Assembly (NCBI GenBank): GCA_019347875.1
Contig: JAHWKN010000003.1
Location: 1 to 45,161 of the forward strand
Source of the DNA: Candidatus Parcubacteria bacterium
GTDB taxonomy: Bacteria; Patescibacteriota; Saccharimonadia; UBA4664; JAHWKN01
DNA: 45,161 bases
Reading direction: 5' to 3'
Of this stretch, positions 8,998-20,239 are shown piece after piece. Below the pieces are notes generated by a model, which had not been told where the DNA came from, searched no databases, and saw only the letters and a program-made list of their open reading frames with translations. A program made the translations under genes and the position numbers. The stretch's first letter is position 1. Each line of letters starts with the position of its first letter.

Positions 8998-9018
8998 CTC
9001 TCGTTACTTTTTGACAGC
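8998..9018 (-). repeat. Fragment of the repeat family's terminal hairpin
   Basis: CTCTCGTTACTTTTTGACAGC is 20/21 identical to the reverse complement of 128-148. Confidence 0.7.
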
Positions 9019-9069
9019 TTTTCGGACTCGCTCAGAGTCTTCGACGGTTCATCACCTCCCACCCCTCTT

Positions 9070-9306
9070 CGCAGTGGTCTCACATATACTCCTCCTAATC
9101 TCCCCGTAACCCGCTCTTTCGTCACTTTTGCTCCGTCAAAAGTAACCAAAACCGGCCGAGTAGGTCACTAACTCCAAGCCATCCAGCCCGCAAAAGGCCG
9201 GGCCTGCGGAACTCGCTCCGATTGCATCGGGGCTCAAACAGTCCTCGGCCTAATTCGGCCTTTTCCGGTCTGGCTGTTTGGGGTTAGCTCCAATACTCGG
9301 GGTTGG
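9070..9306 (-). repeat. Structured repeat half-unit H2
   Basis: Reverse-complement core CCTGCGGAACTCG-tip-CTCAAACAGTCCTCGG at 9203-9248; nearly identical to 44830-44985 except at the tip. Confidence 0.92.
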
Positions 9307-9394
9307 TAGGAGGGATTGGAGGATTAGAGATTGAAGACCAGGATAAAACATTGTCCTAAAATCCTAGTTTCCCTTAATCTTAGGCCTGTGAATC

Positions 9395-9653
9395 CTCGAG
9401 CTTTGGCAAAACCGGCAGTGAAGAGCGACAGTAGCTTTATCTATGTATTTTAACTACCGCTCGAGGACTTCCGGCAGCTGCCGGATGAGGACGACCACAG
9501 GGAGGACGAGTTCCGCAGGGCCCCAAGCTAATGGCGTGATGAGCAGACCGCGTTTTGACACCAGCTCGGCAGTTTTGGCTACCTTTTGCTGACAAAAGGT
9601 AGAAGAGGAGGATCTAGGGGGAGGCTAGGAGGGTAGGCGGTAGGCCCGCTGCG
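9395..9653 (+). repeat. Structured repeat half-unit H3 (inverted partner of H2)
   Basis: Core at 9462-9519 with the same tip as H1; 9565-9608 is the exact 44-bp reverse complement of 44804-44847. Confidence 0.9.
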
Positions 9654-9737
9654 ACGAGGGTTGAGGGGGCGGGGTAACCTTGAGACTTTAGGCCGAGGCG
9701 GGTTTAACCATAAGCGTAAAAGTGATATAGTCGTCAC

Positions 9738-10991
9738 ATGGACCCAAACACCAACGCCAGCCCCCGTCCAGGGGCGGTCGTCAAGCCGCAATCCGGCACC
9801 ACTCCACCCCCCATCAAACCCATTCAATTCGGCCCCTCCGCTCAGCCTAATCCGATCTTGCCTGCTGGCGCGCCCATACCCGGGCAGCAGCCAGGTGCCA
9901 CCCGTCGCCAGCGCCTACTAGCTTGGATTAAAGCCCACCCCCGCCGCAGCGCCGCTATAGCTGCCATCAGCCTGCTGGTTGTATCCGCCGCTGGTTATGC
10001 CACATTCAAGTATCTAACCAAGCAGCCCCCGGCTCCTCCCGCCGAGACTACCGCGCCCGCGCCTCCGCCCGCGCCTCCCAAACCGGCCACCAAGCCCTCT
10101 CCGCTGACCGGCGTAGAGCTGGAACCGGCGCTGGCCGAGCGGCCGGTTAGCGCCGTTATCATCGAAAACCACCCTAATGCGCGTCCGCAGTCGGGCCTCG
10201 GCCAGGCCGGTGTGGTGTATGAGGCGTTGGCCGAAGGGGGCATTACCCGCTTTATGGCGCTTTATTTGGAGCAGCGGGCCCCGGCTCTGGGACCTATCCG
10301 CAGCGTCAGGACCTATTTTGTCGACTGGGCGCTGGAGTTCGACGCTCCGGTAGCCCACGTGGGCGGTAACGCCGACGCGCTCGACCTGGTCGCGCCGCTG
10401 GGCTTAAAAAGTCTCACCCAGTTCGCCCATCCCGGTTCATACTACCGCAGCCGTGACCGCTTCGCCCCCCACAACGCCTACACCTCGAGCGACCTGCTAG
10501 ACCAGCTGCTAGCCAAACTGGGCTTCAATCAGCCGGCCAAGTTCAAGCCGTCGCCGCGCAAGCCCGACTCACCTCCGGCGGCCGGGACGGCCGCCACCGC
10601 CCCCACCATCGGTATCAACTACTCCTACCGCGGCTTCCAGGTCGAGTACCGCTACGACGCGGCCACCAACTCCTACGCCCGCTTCATGGCCGGGGCGCCG
10701 CACGTCGACCGTAACGACGGCAAGCAGATCATGGCCAAAAACGTTGTGGTTCAGTACATGCCCACCAGATACGGAGTCACCCGCATCGGCGAAGCCACCG
10801 TCATTATGGGCACACCCGGCAGCGGCCAGGCGGTGGTGTTTCGCGATGGGGGAGCCGTCACCGGCACCTGGAGTAAAGCCTCACACCGGGAGCGCACGGT
10901 CCTGAAAGACACCACCGGCGCCGAGATACCTCTAAACGCCGGCAACACCTGGTACTCGATTGTACCGGTCGGGCGGTCGGTCTCGTACTAG
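9738..10991 (+). CDS. DUF3048 (YerB-like) membrane-anchored protein
   Basis: SPLTG, RP.AVIIEN, ARPQSGL, VYEALAEGGITRF, GPIRSVR and APHN motifs. Confidence 0.88.
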   Translation: MDPNTNASPRPGAVVKPQSGTTPPPIKPIQFGPSAQPNPILPAGAPIPGQQPGATRRQRLLAWIKAHPRRSAAIAAISLLVVSAAGYATFKYLTKQPPAPPAETTAPAPPPAPPKPATKPSPLTGVELEPALAERPVSAVIIENHPNARPQSGLGQAGVVYEALAEGGITRFMALYLEQRAPALGPIRSVRTYFVDWALEFDAPVAHVGGNADALDLVAPLGLKSLTQFAHPGSYYRSRDRFAPHNAYTSSDLLDQLLAKLGFNQPAKFKPSPRKPDSPPAAGTAATAPTIGINYSYRGFQVEYRYDAATNSYARFMAGAPHVDRNDGKQIMAKNVVVQYMPTRYGVTRIGEATVIMGTPGSGQAVVFRDGGAVTGTWSKASHRERTVLKDTTGAEIPLNAGNTWYSIVPVGRSVSY

Positions 10992-11058
10992 TCCGGCAAG
11001 CTACGACTTTACCGGTTTAACCATGCAGCTTATGTTATACTAAAACTAGGTTTTTAAA

Positions 11059-11691
11059 ATGAAAACCAAAACCAAAAAGAAAATCAAGCGGGCGGCCCAC
11101 GTCGTCACCAAGAAGAAGATCCTCAAAAAGAAGGCCTCCAGGCGGCTGGCGCGGGGGGTGTTTATCTTGATAGCCAGCGTCTGTACCGGATCGCTGGCCT
11201 TTGCCATAGCTACCACCCAGCCGCCACCGGTGACCGCCACCGTCGGCACCACCATCAGGCAGGTGCCGCCGATACTTAACGTTCCGGCAGAACCGCCGCC
11301 GGCCCAGGTCGGCCAGGCCTCCTGGTACGCTCTCGGCCTGCGCTACCCCGACGCCTTAACCTGCGCCTCCACCAAGTTCCCCCGCGGCACCTACCTACAG
11401 GTTAAGAACCTGCGCAACGGCAGAACCGTCACCTGCCTGGTCAACGATTACGGCCCCGAGGCCTGGACCAACCGGGTGATCGACCTGTCGCGCGGCAGCT
11501 TTACCGCCATCGACAGCCTCTCCAGCGGCGTCACCCGGGTGGAGGTGCGGGTCGTGCCGCCGCCCCCGGCCAGCCTCAATCTGCTCTTGCCGCAGGTGTT
11601 TAGTCAGGTTACCGGTTACCGGCGCTGCATCCAAACGCAACCGATCAGCTGGTGCGACGCCAACCGGCAGTCATCTCAGAAGTTAAAGTAA
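11059..11691 (+). CDS. RlpA-family (DPBB) lytic transglycosylase-like protein
   Basis: GQASWY, LTCAS...PRGTYLQVKNLRNGRTV..VNDYGP....RVIDLS..SF; Lys-rich N-terminus and a TM helix. Confidence 0.85.
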   Translation: MKTKTKKKIKRAAHVVTKKKILKKKASRRLARGVFILIASVCTGSLAFAIATTQPPPVTATVGTTIRQVPPILNVPAEPPPAQVGQASWYALGLRYPDALTCASTKFPRGTYLQVKNLRNGRTVTCLVNDYGPEAWTNRVIDLSRGSFTAIDSLSSGVTRVEVRVVPPPPASLNLLLPQVFSQVTGYRRCIQTQPISWCDANRQSSQKLK

Positions 11692-11714
11692 ACCAACTCT
11701 TCGCTGCCGAGCGG

Positions 11715-12098
11715 CTAGAGTGTGCCGCCGGAATCTATTAAATGAACCTTCACCGACAGGTCGGGGAAGTGCTCGGCAACCTTCCGCTTGGCGGCTTCCA
11801 GCTGATCTCGATGCATACTAACCTCAGCCTGCTTTTGATCAAACTTACCTGAGCCGCCGTAAGCGCCGCAGTCGATGTGATCCATAATGTGAACCGATTT
11901 GATCTGATGCAAGCGTAAGGCGATATCGATCTGCTTAAGTACTGCGGTCTGAGTGCCGTCATCCAGGATAGCCTTAGAGGCCCCCGCCATGGCCACCAGA
12001 CCGCTTTGGCCGTTTAAGTTCTGTTTAATCCAGTCGGCGACTTGAGCGCGAGACCGCCAGTCGATACAGCTAATGGTTAAATTATCGACGGTATACAT
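11715..12098 (-). CDS. Small beta-class carbonic anhydrase-like protein
   Basis: CxDxR (CIDWR) and HxxC (HIDCGAYG) zinc-ligand motifs. Confidence 0.78.
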   Translation of the reverse strand: MYTVDNLTISCIDWRSRAQVADWIKQNLNGQSGLVAMAGASKAILDDGTQTAVLKQIDIALRLHQIKSVHIMDHIDCGAYGGSGKFDQKQAEVSMHRDQLEAAKRKVAEHFPDLSVKVHLIDSGGTL

Positions 12099-12137
12099 GC
12101 TTAACTGCTCCTAATGAGGGTTTATATAAATCAATTG

Positions 12138-12572
12138 CTACATGCGATTATGGCGCCGCTTGATTTCCGTCACCTTCAGCCGCGCCAGGTTGCGCTCGAT
12201 TAAAGCGGTGGCGTCGGCCAGCGCGACGTGGTCCTCGGCGGTCTGCTGCAGCTCCTGGGCGCGCTCCAGCGCCTCTTTGGCCCGCAGCTCGTCGATGTCC
12301 TCGGCGTGCTCGGCGGTGTCGGCCAGCAGGCGCAGCCGCTTGCCGTCCACCTCGACAAACCCGCCGCCGGTGGCAAAGTGCTCGATCCGGCTGTCCGGAT
12401 CATCGGCGCGGCGGCGGATACCGATCACCCCCGGCACCGCCAGCGTCACTAGCGGCATGTGATGCGGCAGGATGCCGATCTGCCCGTTGGGGGTCGGCAG
12501 CAGCACCTCGTAGGCCTCCTCGGTAAACTTGACCCCCTCGGGCGTCACCAGTTCAAAAGTCAGCACTCTCAA
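12138..12572 (-). CDS. atpC: ATP synthase F1 epsilon
   Basis: FELVTPE, GQIGILPHH.PL and GGFVEV motifs; operon position. Confidence 0.95.
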   Translation of the reverse strand: MRVLTFELVTPEGVKFTEEAYEVLLPTPNGQIGILPHHMPLVTLAVPGVIGIRRRADDPDSRIEHFATGGGFVEVDGKRLRLLADTAEHAEDIDELRAKEALERAQELQQTAEDHVALADATALIERNLARLKVTEIKRRHNRM

Positions 12573-12584
12573 GCTCCTCCCGAG

Positions 12585-14053
<1,469 letters not shown>

Positions 14054-14055
14054 CA

Positions 14056-14949
14056 TCACGAAATGGCCTCGGCACCGGCCGTGATCTCGGCCAGCTCTTG
14101 GGTAATCCCGGCCTGGCGCGCCCCGTTGTACGTCAAGGTCAGGTCTTCGATCAGCTCGCTGGCGTTGTCGGAGGCGTTTTTCATCGCCATCATGCGCATC
14201 GACTGCTCCGAAGCTACCGCCTCCAAAGTGGCCTGAAACAGCTGGGCCTCAATCATCCGGGGGACCACCGCCTTCATCACGGACTCAGGGGAAGGCTCAA
14301 AGGTCGCCTCTTCCAGCCCCATAACACCCCGTTTCAGCTCGTGCTCCAGACCCGGCTGCAAGGGCAGCAGCGCCGGCAGTAACGGCTCAAAAATAGCTTC
14401 TTGGCGGATGGTGGAGATAAAGTTGGTGTAAATGACCTCCACGGCGTCAACCAGGCGGTCGGCAAACAAGCGAATGGCGGTGTGGGAGATCGGCCGGATG
14501 TCGGCCGCGGTGGGTTCGCTGGGCCAGTCGGGGTAGGTACCGACTAGGTCAACGCCGTCCAGCCGGGCGGCCAGACGGGCACCCTGGGCACCAATCACTA
14601 TGGCGCTGGTGGCGGTGCCGCGCGCCTGGTCGGCCTGGATGTTTTCGATAAACAGCCGGGCCAAGTTAGCGTTATAGGCTCCGGCCAGACCCCGATCGCT
14701 GGTAATGAGGATGATCAGCCGCCTGGCCACCGCCTCCCGGCGCTCAAACAGGGGATAGTTGGCGGCCGGGGTCAGCTGGTTAAGGCGCGCCAGCACCTCT
14801 TTGGCGCTGTTGGTGTAAGTGCGCGACCTGAGCGCCGCCTCCTGCGCGCGGCGCATTTTAGAGGCCGCCACCATCTCCATCGCCTTGGTGATCTGGCGGG
14901 TGTTGTTAACCGAGCGCATGCGGCGTTTAATTAACTGAATCTGGGCCAT
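14056..14949 (-). CDS. atpG: ATP synthase F1 gamma
   Basis: ITKAMEMVAASK, SDRGLAG, RMMAMKNASDNA and RQAGITQELAEI motifs. Start set at MAQIQ. Confidence 0.96.
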   Translation of the reverse strand: MAQIQLIKRRMRSVNNTRQITKAMEMVAASKMRRAQEAALRSRTYTNSAKEVLARLNQLTPAANYPLFERREAVARRLIILITSDRGLAGAYNANLARLFIENIQADQARGTATSAIVIGAQGARLAARLDGVDLVGTYPDWPSEPTAADIRPISHTAIRLFADRLVDAVEVIYTNFISTIRQEAIFEPLLPALLPLQPGLEHELKRGVMGLEEATFEPSPESVMKAVVPRMIEAQLFQATLEAVASEQSMRMMAMKNASDNASELIEDLTLTYNGARQAGITQELAEITAGAEAIS

Positions 14950-14962
14950 TATAACTTTCTCC

Positions 14963-16495
<1,533 letters not shown>

Positions 16496-16498
16496 CCG

Positions 16499-16882
16499 TT
16501 ACACCTCCAACCTTGATAATTGCTTTTTAACCGACAGGTCGATCTCTAGCTCCGGCGTGCGGGCCACCAACCCGCCCAGCAAACTCTCGTCCCGGGCGGT
16601 GTTTAGGCGCACGGTCTTGGCCCCGGTAGCGTCTTCGAGCAGGCGCTTCACCTGGTTCATGACCGCCTCGCCCAGGGGCCGGGCGGTCACCACCTCGGCC
16701 TCCAAGTAGCCCTTCTGGGCCAACAGCTCGTGCTGTATGTCGTTTAGCAGCAGGTCGGTCTCGGCCGCCAGACCGCAGCGCCGGACTTCGTCCGCCAACG
16801 CCTGGATCAACCGAGGCAGCGGATGACGGCCCAACAAAGCCACAAACGTCCGCGCTAGTTGCCGGCGGGAACCGCGCCTCAC
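16499..16882 (-). CDS. atpH: ATP synthase F1 delta (short form)
   Basis: C-terminal AEVVTARPL...DESLLGG...IDLSV..QL; position between atpF and atpA. Confidence 0.88.
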   Translation of the reverse strand: MRRGSRRQLARTFVALLGRHPLPRLIQALADEVRRCGLAAETDLLLNDIQHELLAQKGYLEAEVVTARPLGEAVMNQVKRLLEDATGAKTVRLNTARDESLLGGLVARTPELEIDLSVKKQLSRLEV

Positions 16883-17436
16883 GATCTTTCCGCCCGCTGC
16901 AGCGCTTTTTGCACCAGCGCGGCGTCTTTGCGCTCATCGAGCTTTTCGTCGATCAGCACCGCTGTCGCGGCCACCACCAGTCCGGCCAGCTCCTTCCTTA
17001 AGCCGGCTTTGGCCTCGGCCACCTCCTGGGCGACGCGCTGGTGGGCGGTCTCCAGCAACTGCTCGGTCTGGGTGCGGGCCCGCGACTCGGCCTGCGCCAG
17101 CAGCTTGGCGGCCTCTTCGCGGCTGCGCGCCAGCATGGCGTCGGCCTCCCGCCGCGCCTCGGCCAAGAGGGCGGCTTGGCGGGCGGCCGTTTGGCGGCTG
17201 GTTTCCTCGATCTGACGCGCCGTCGCCTCGCTTTCTTCGATGCGGCGGCGGCGGTCTTCCAGCACCCCCAGGATAGGCTGGTAGGCCACCTTTTTCAGCA
17301 GCCAAAACAGCAAGGCAAAGTTCACCAGCTGGAACACCAGCGCCCGCCAATCCAGACCGATAGAGCCAAGACCGCCGGCGGTGTTCTCGGCAGCCGCCTC
17401 CGTTGCCGCCAGTAATATGTGGTTTAAAACTGCCAT
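16879..17436 (-). CDS. atpF: ATP synthase Fo subunit b
   Basis: QLVNFALLFWLLKK.AY.PI...LEDRR followed by a coiled coil. Confidence 0.95.
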   Translation of the reverse strand: MAVLNHILLAATEAAAENTAGGLGSIGLDWRALVFQLVNFALLFWLLKKVAYQPILGVLEDRRRRIEESEATARQIEETSRQTAARQAALLAEARREADAMLARSREEAAKLLAQAESRARTQTEQLLETAHQRVAQEVAEAKAGLRKELAGLVVAATAVLIDEKLDERKDAALVQKALQRAERS

Positions 17437-17451
17437 TTTTACGGTTACACC

Positions 17452-17517
17452 AGACCATTGACCTGTGACAACCTGACTAAGAAAGTCAAAGTGTCAGCCG
17501 TCAAACGTTAACTGTTA
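17452..17517. repeat. 7/8-bp-periodic inverted array (TGAC)n-loop-(GTYA)n between atpE and atpF
   Basis: AGAC/TGAC at 17452, 17459, 17466, 17474; GTCA/GTTA at 17485, 17493, 17500, 17507, 17514. 17500-17517 matches 6776-6793 at 16/18. Confidence 0.78.
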
Positions 17518-17742
17518 AACAAACTTAATGCTAAGTGCCACCACCAACGAGTAGATGGCGATAGCCTCGGCAAACGCCACCACCAAGATCAGGACCGTTT
17601 GCAGCTTGCCGGCGGCCTCCGGGTTGCGGCCGATGGCGTCCATGGCGCGTGCCCCCATCCAGCCAATGGCCAGCGCGGGAATGGTGCCGCCGATGGCGAT
17701 GGTCAGCCCGGCCATCAGGTTTTTCATTGCTTCTGCTTCCAC
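17515..17742 (-). CDS. atpE: ATP synthase Fo subunit c
   Basis: Two TM helices, RNPE loop and the conserved Glu (FAEAIAIY). Confidence 0.97.
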   Translation of the reverse strand: MEAEAMKNLMAGLTIAIGGTIPALAIGWMGARAMDAIGRNPEAAGKLQTVLILVVAFAEAIAIYSLVVALSIKFV

Positions 17743-17764
17743 TCAAACTCCTTTCGTTAGGTTA

Positions 17765-18571
17765 CTAAGTGTTACTGACAAGGGGATGTTTTGCCTTGGG
17801 TCCAAGCGAACCGAGCTGTCCGCCCGACTGATCGCCGGCGTGCTCCTCGCCGTGGCTGGACGAGGCGATTTCTAAGAATACCAGACTAAGCATGGTAAAC
17901 ACCAGCGCCTGGATCAAACCAACAAACAGCTCCAGCGCAAAGAAAGGCAGCGGACCGAGTAGCGGCACCAGGGCCGATATCACTATCAGCAGCACCTCGC
18001 CGGCAAAGATGTTGCCAAACAGCCGGAACGAAAACGAGATCATCTTCGAAAACTCCGAGATGATCTCCAGTAAACCGACAAAGCTCAGCACCGGGTTGCG
18101 GCTAAAGTATTTGCGTAAATGAGTCACAATCCCCAGCTCGCGCACAGCGTAAACCTGCGTCATGACCACCGAGATGATGGCCAGAGCCAGAGTGGTGTTC
18201 AGGTCGGCGTTGGCCCCGCGCAGCAGCGGCACCTCGCCCTCAGCCGTCGTAACCGTAATGGAGCCGACACCGGGCAGCAGCCCCAGCCAGTTGCTGATCA
18301 AAATAAAGATAAACAGCGTCATCAGCAGCGGGAAAAACCGCAGCGCCCGCCGGCGGTCGTGTGTCACCCCCTCGATCAGGTCGATGAGCAGCTCGCTGAG
18401 CGCCTCGATGCCCTGGGCCAGCCGGCTACTCGGGTTGTGTTTGACGCGGCGGGCGCCCAGCGCGAAGACGACGGCGATCAGCACGCTGCCGATGACGCCG
18501 GCCAGCAGCGAGTTGTTGACCGGCCAGGAGCCGATGTGAAACAGTGTTTCGGCTTTGAGGGAGATATGCAC
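17765..18571 (-). CDS. atpB: ATP synthase Fo subunit a
   Basis: NWLGLLPG, ADLNTTLALA, SFRLFGNIFAGE and IQALVF motifs. Confidence 0.97.
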   Translation of the reverse strand: MHISLKAETLFHIGSWPVNNSLLAGVIGSVLIAVVFALGARRVKHNPSSRLAQGIEALSELLIDLIEGVTHDRRRALRFFPLLMTLFIFILISNWLGLLPGVGSITVTTAEGEVPLLRGANADLNTTLALAIISVVMTQVYAVRELGIVTHLRKYFSRNPVLSFVGLLEIISEFSKMISFSFRLFGNIFAGEVLLIVISALVPLLGPLPFFALELFVGLIQALVFTMLSLVFLEIASSSHGEEHAGDQSGGQLGSLGPKAKHPLVSNT

Positions 18572-18691
18572 TAGCAGGCGCCCCGCGGTGATCCGGGGAT
18601 GCAGCGTCTAGTCTCTAATTTCGAATGGCTGATATTCAACGGTTTGCGATCTTGCCAATTAGTTGATGATTGATACTGGAGAACTGCGTCG

Positions 18692-18937
18692 TCATTGGTC
18701 CTGGCGGTTAACCCGCCGGATCATGCGGGCGATCATCGTGATCGAGGCGGTCAAAGCCAGTGCGATGCCGATGAACGTAAACAGGGGAGTGGTGCCGTTG
18801 GCCTTGTCGAGCTTAATACCCCCCAGCATCAAAACCAGCAGGGGCAGCGCCAGCTTCAGACCGATCTCGCCGGATATCGCCCAGACACTCAGGTTCTTGA
18901 CCGGACCGCTCGGCTGGTCGTCGGTTTTGGCCGCCAT
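18692..18937 (-). CDS. AtpZ/AtpI family protein
   Basis: Two-TM protein with GGIKLDK..GTTP.F...G; first gene of the atp operon. GGGAG RBS before ATG 18937. Confidence 0.82.
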   Translation of the reverse strand: MAAKTDDQPSGPVKNLSVWAISGEIGLKLALPLLVLMLGGIKLDKANGTTPLFTFIGIALALTASITMIARMIRRVNRQDQ

Positions 18938-19014
18938 GTTGCACTCCCGTTGCTGAAGTATTGTACGGGTTTGGCCTATCTGGCGCAACCGGGCGGCTGG
19001 CCAAGATTAGGCGA

Positions 19015-19494
19015 TTAACGCGGAGCCGAGGTGCCGACGCTGCCCTGCAGCGCGTAAGCCGGCTGGCCGGGCTGGGCCACGGTGGCGGCAGCGGCCTTTT
19101 GCAGCTGGCCGGGCGCCGGCTGAAAGCTGGCGGAGGTGGCGGTATCCTGAAAACCGCGGTAGAGGTTGCTGGCGGCAGCGGCCCGGCGGGCCCGCGGGGC
19201 CAGCTGAGGGTCGGCGGCGGCCTCCAGCGGCACGCTTAGCGTGACCGTGCTGGGTACGTGCGTTACTAGCTCCGGTTTAGGCACCAGGTAGCCGGCCGCC
19301 CAGACGGTAGCAACAAACAGCAGCGCGGCGAACGCCAGTTCGGCGAAAGTAAACCCGAAGAGCGACGGTTTGTGGCGGCTATAGGCGGAGGCCGCTGGCA
19401 GCTCCAACGCCGGTGTTAAAGTCTCGCCAAAATCAATGGCCTCTTGGTTTTCGGAATGGAATGTTTTGGTTTTATTCACGCTTAAGCCCACCAA
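19015..19494 (-). CDS. Hypothetical single-TM protein
   Basis: ORF with one hydrophobic helix; TTGCTA-17-TATAAG promoter-like sequence upstream. Start uncertain. Confidence 0.5.
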   Translation of the reverse strand: MVGLSVNKTKTFHSENQEAIDFGETLTPALELPAASAYSRHKPSLFGFTFAELAFAALLFVATVWAAGYLVPKPELVTHVPSTVTLSVPLEAAADPQLAPRARRAAAASNLYRGFQDTATSASFQPAPGQLQKAAAATVAQPGQPAYALQGSVGTSAPR

Positions 19495-19616
19495 TTAAAT
19501 TGATGCTTACTTATAGCACGAACAACCCGTTATAGCAATGTACGCTTTTCTAACTAAGCGAAAGGCCCGCAGCGCCGTCTCGGCCGGCCGCGGGCTTTCG
19601 ATGCTATGCGGCGGGG

Positions 19617-20222
19617 TTAGCCGCAGGTGTTGGGCCAGGGGCTGCAGCCGCGCTGGGCGTACAACAGCGCCGCCCGCTGATCCTGCTCGGCGGGGGAGGC
19701 GTTCGAGGGCAAACCGCTGCCGCCGACGCTGCGCCAGGTCTGCAGATCAAACTGGTAGGCGCCGTAGTAACCGTTACCGGTGTTGGTGGCGTAGTTACCG
19801 CCTGACTCCAGCTGGCGGATGCGGGCAAACAGTCCGCCGCTGCCGGCCGCGTAGTTGGCCGGCGTGCTCGAACGGCGGGTTACCGCTACCGGCGCGCTGT
19901 AGGCGGGCGCGGCCGCTACCGGCGCCGGTTCGGGCGGCAGGGGACGGTCTTCGGTCGGGCCTTCCGGCACAATCAAAGACGACCCCGCATGAATCACATC
20001 GGGATCGGTTAACTCTTTATTGACGTTCCACAGCGGCCGCCACGACTCCAGCTCGTACTGCTCGGCGATCAGCGTCAGGCTCTCGCCGGGCTTGACCTCG
20101 TGGCGTTTTTCTTGTTTTTCAGCTTGTTTTTCGGCCGGCTCAGCCGGTTCGGCGGCGAACGCCGGAGCGCCCACCAGTACCGCGGCGGCAACTAAAACCA
20201 ATGTTAATACTTGTTTACGCAT
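19617..20222 (-). CDS. Secreted LysM + Rpf-type transglycosylase (resuscitation-promoting factor-like)
   Basis: Signal peptide; LysM (HEVKPGESLTLIA...I.AG..L.VP); Rpf core ESGGNYATNTGNGYYGAYQF...TW...ASPAEQD...PWP.C. Confidence 0.92.
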   Translation of the reverse strand: MRKQVLTLVLVAAAVLVGAPAFAAEPAEPAEKQAEKQEKRHEVKPGESLTLIAEQYELESWRPLWNVNKELTDPDVIHAGSSLIVPEGPTEDRPLPPEPAPVAAAPAYSAPVAVTRRSSTPANYAAGSGGLFARIRQLESGGNYATNTGNGYYGAYQFDLQTWRSVGGSGLPSNASPAEQDQRAALLYAQRGCSPWPNTCG

Positions 20223-20239
20223 TGAACTCCTCTTATTAA

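Noticed and set aside
8859-9921. ORFs 8859-9149, 9579-9827 and 9661-9921
   Set aside because: They overlap the non-coding repeat, a terminator or real genes and have no recognisable motifs.
16499-16882. atpH as a truncated pseudogene
   Set aside because: The ORF is intact, overlaps the atpF stop in a coupled arrangement and keeps its C-terminal motifs; a naturally short form is more likely.
17515-17742. Na+-translocating ATP synthase
   Set aside because: Subunit c has EA rather than ES/T and lacks the helix-1 Gln of the Na+ signature; H+ coupling is more likely.
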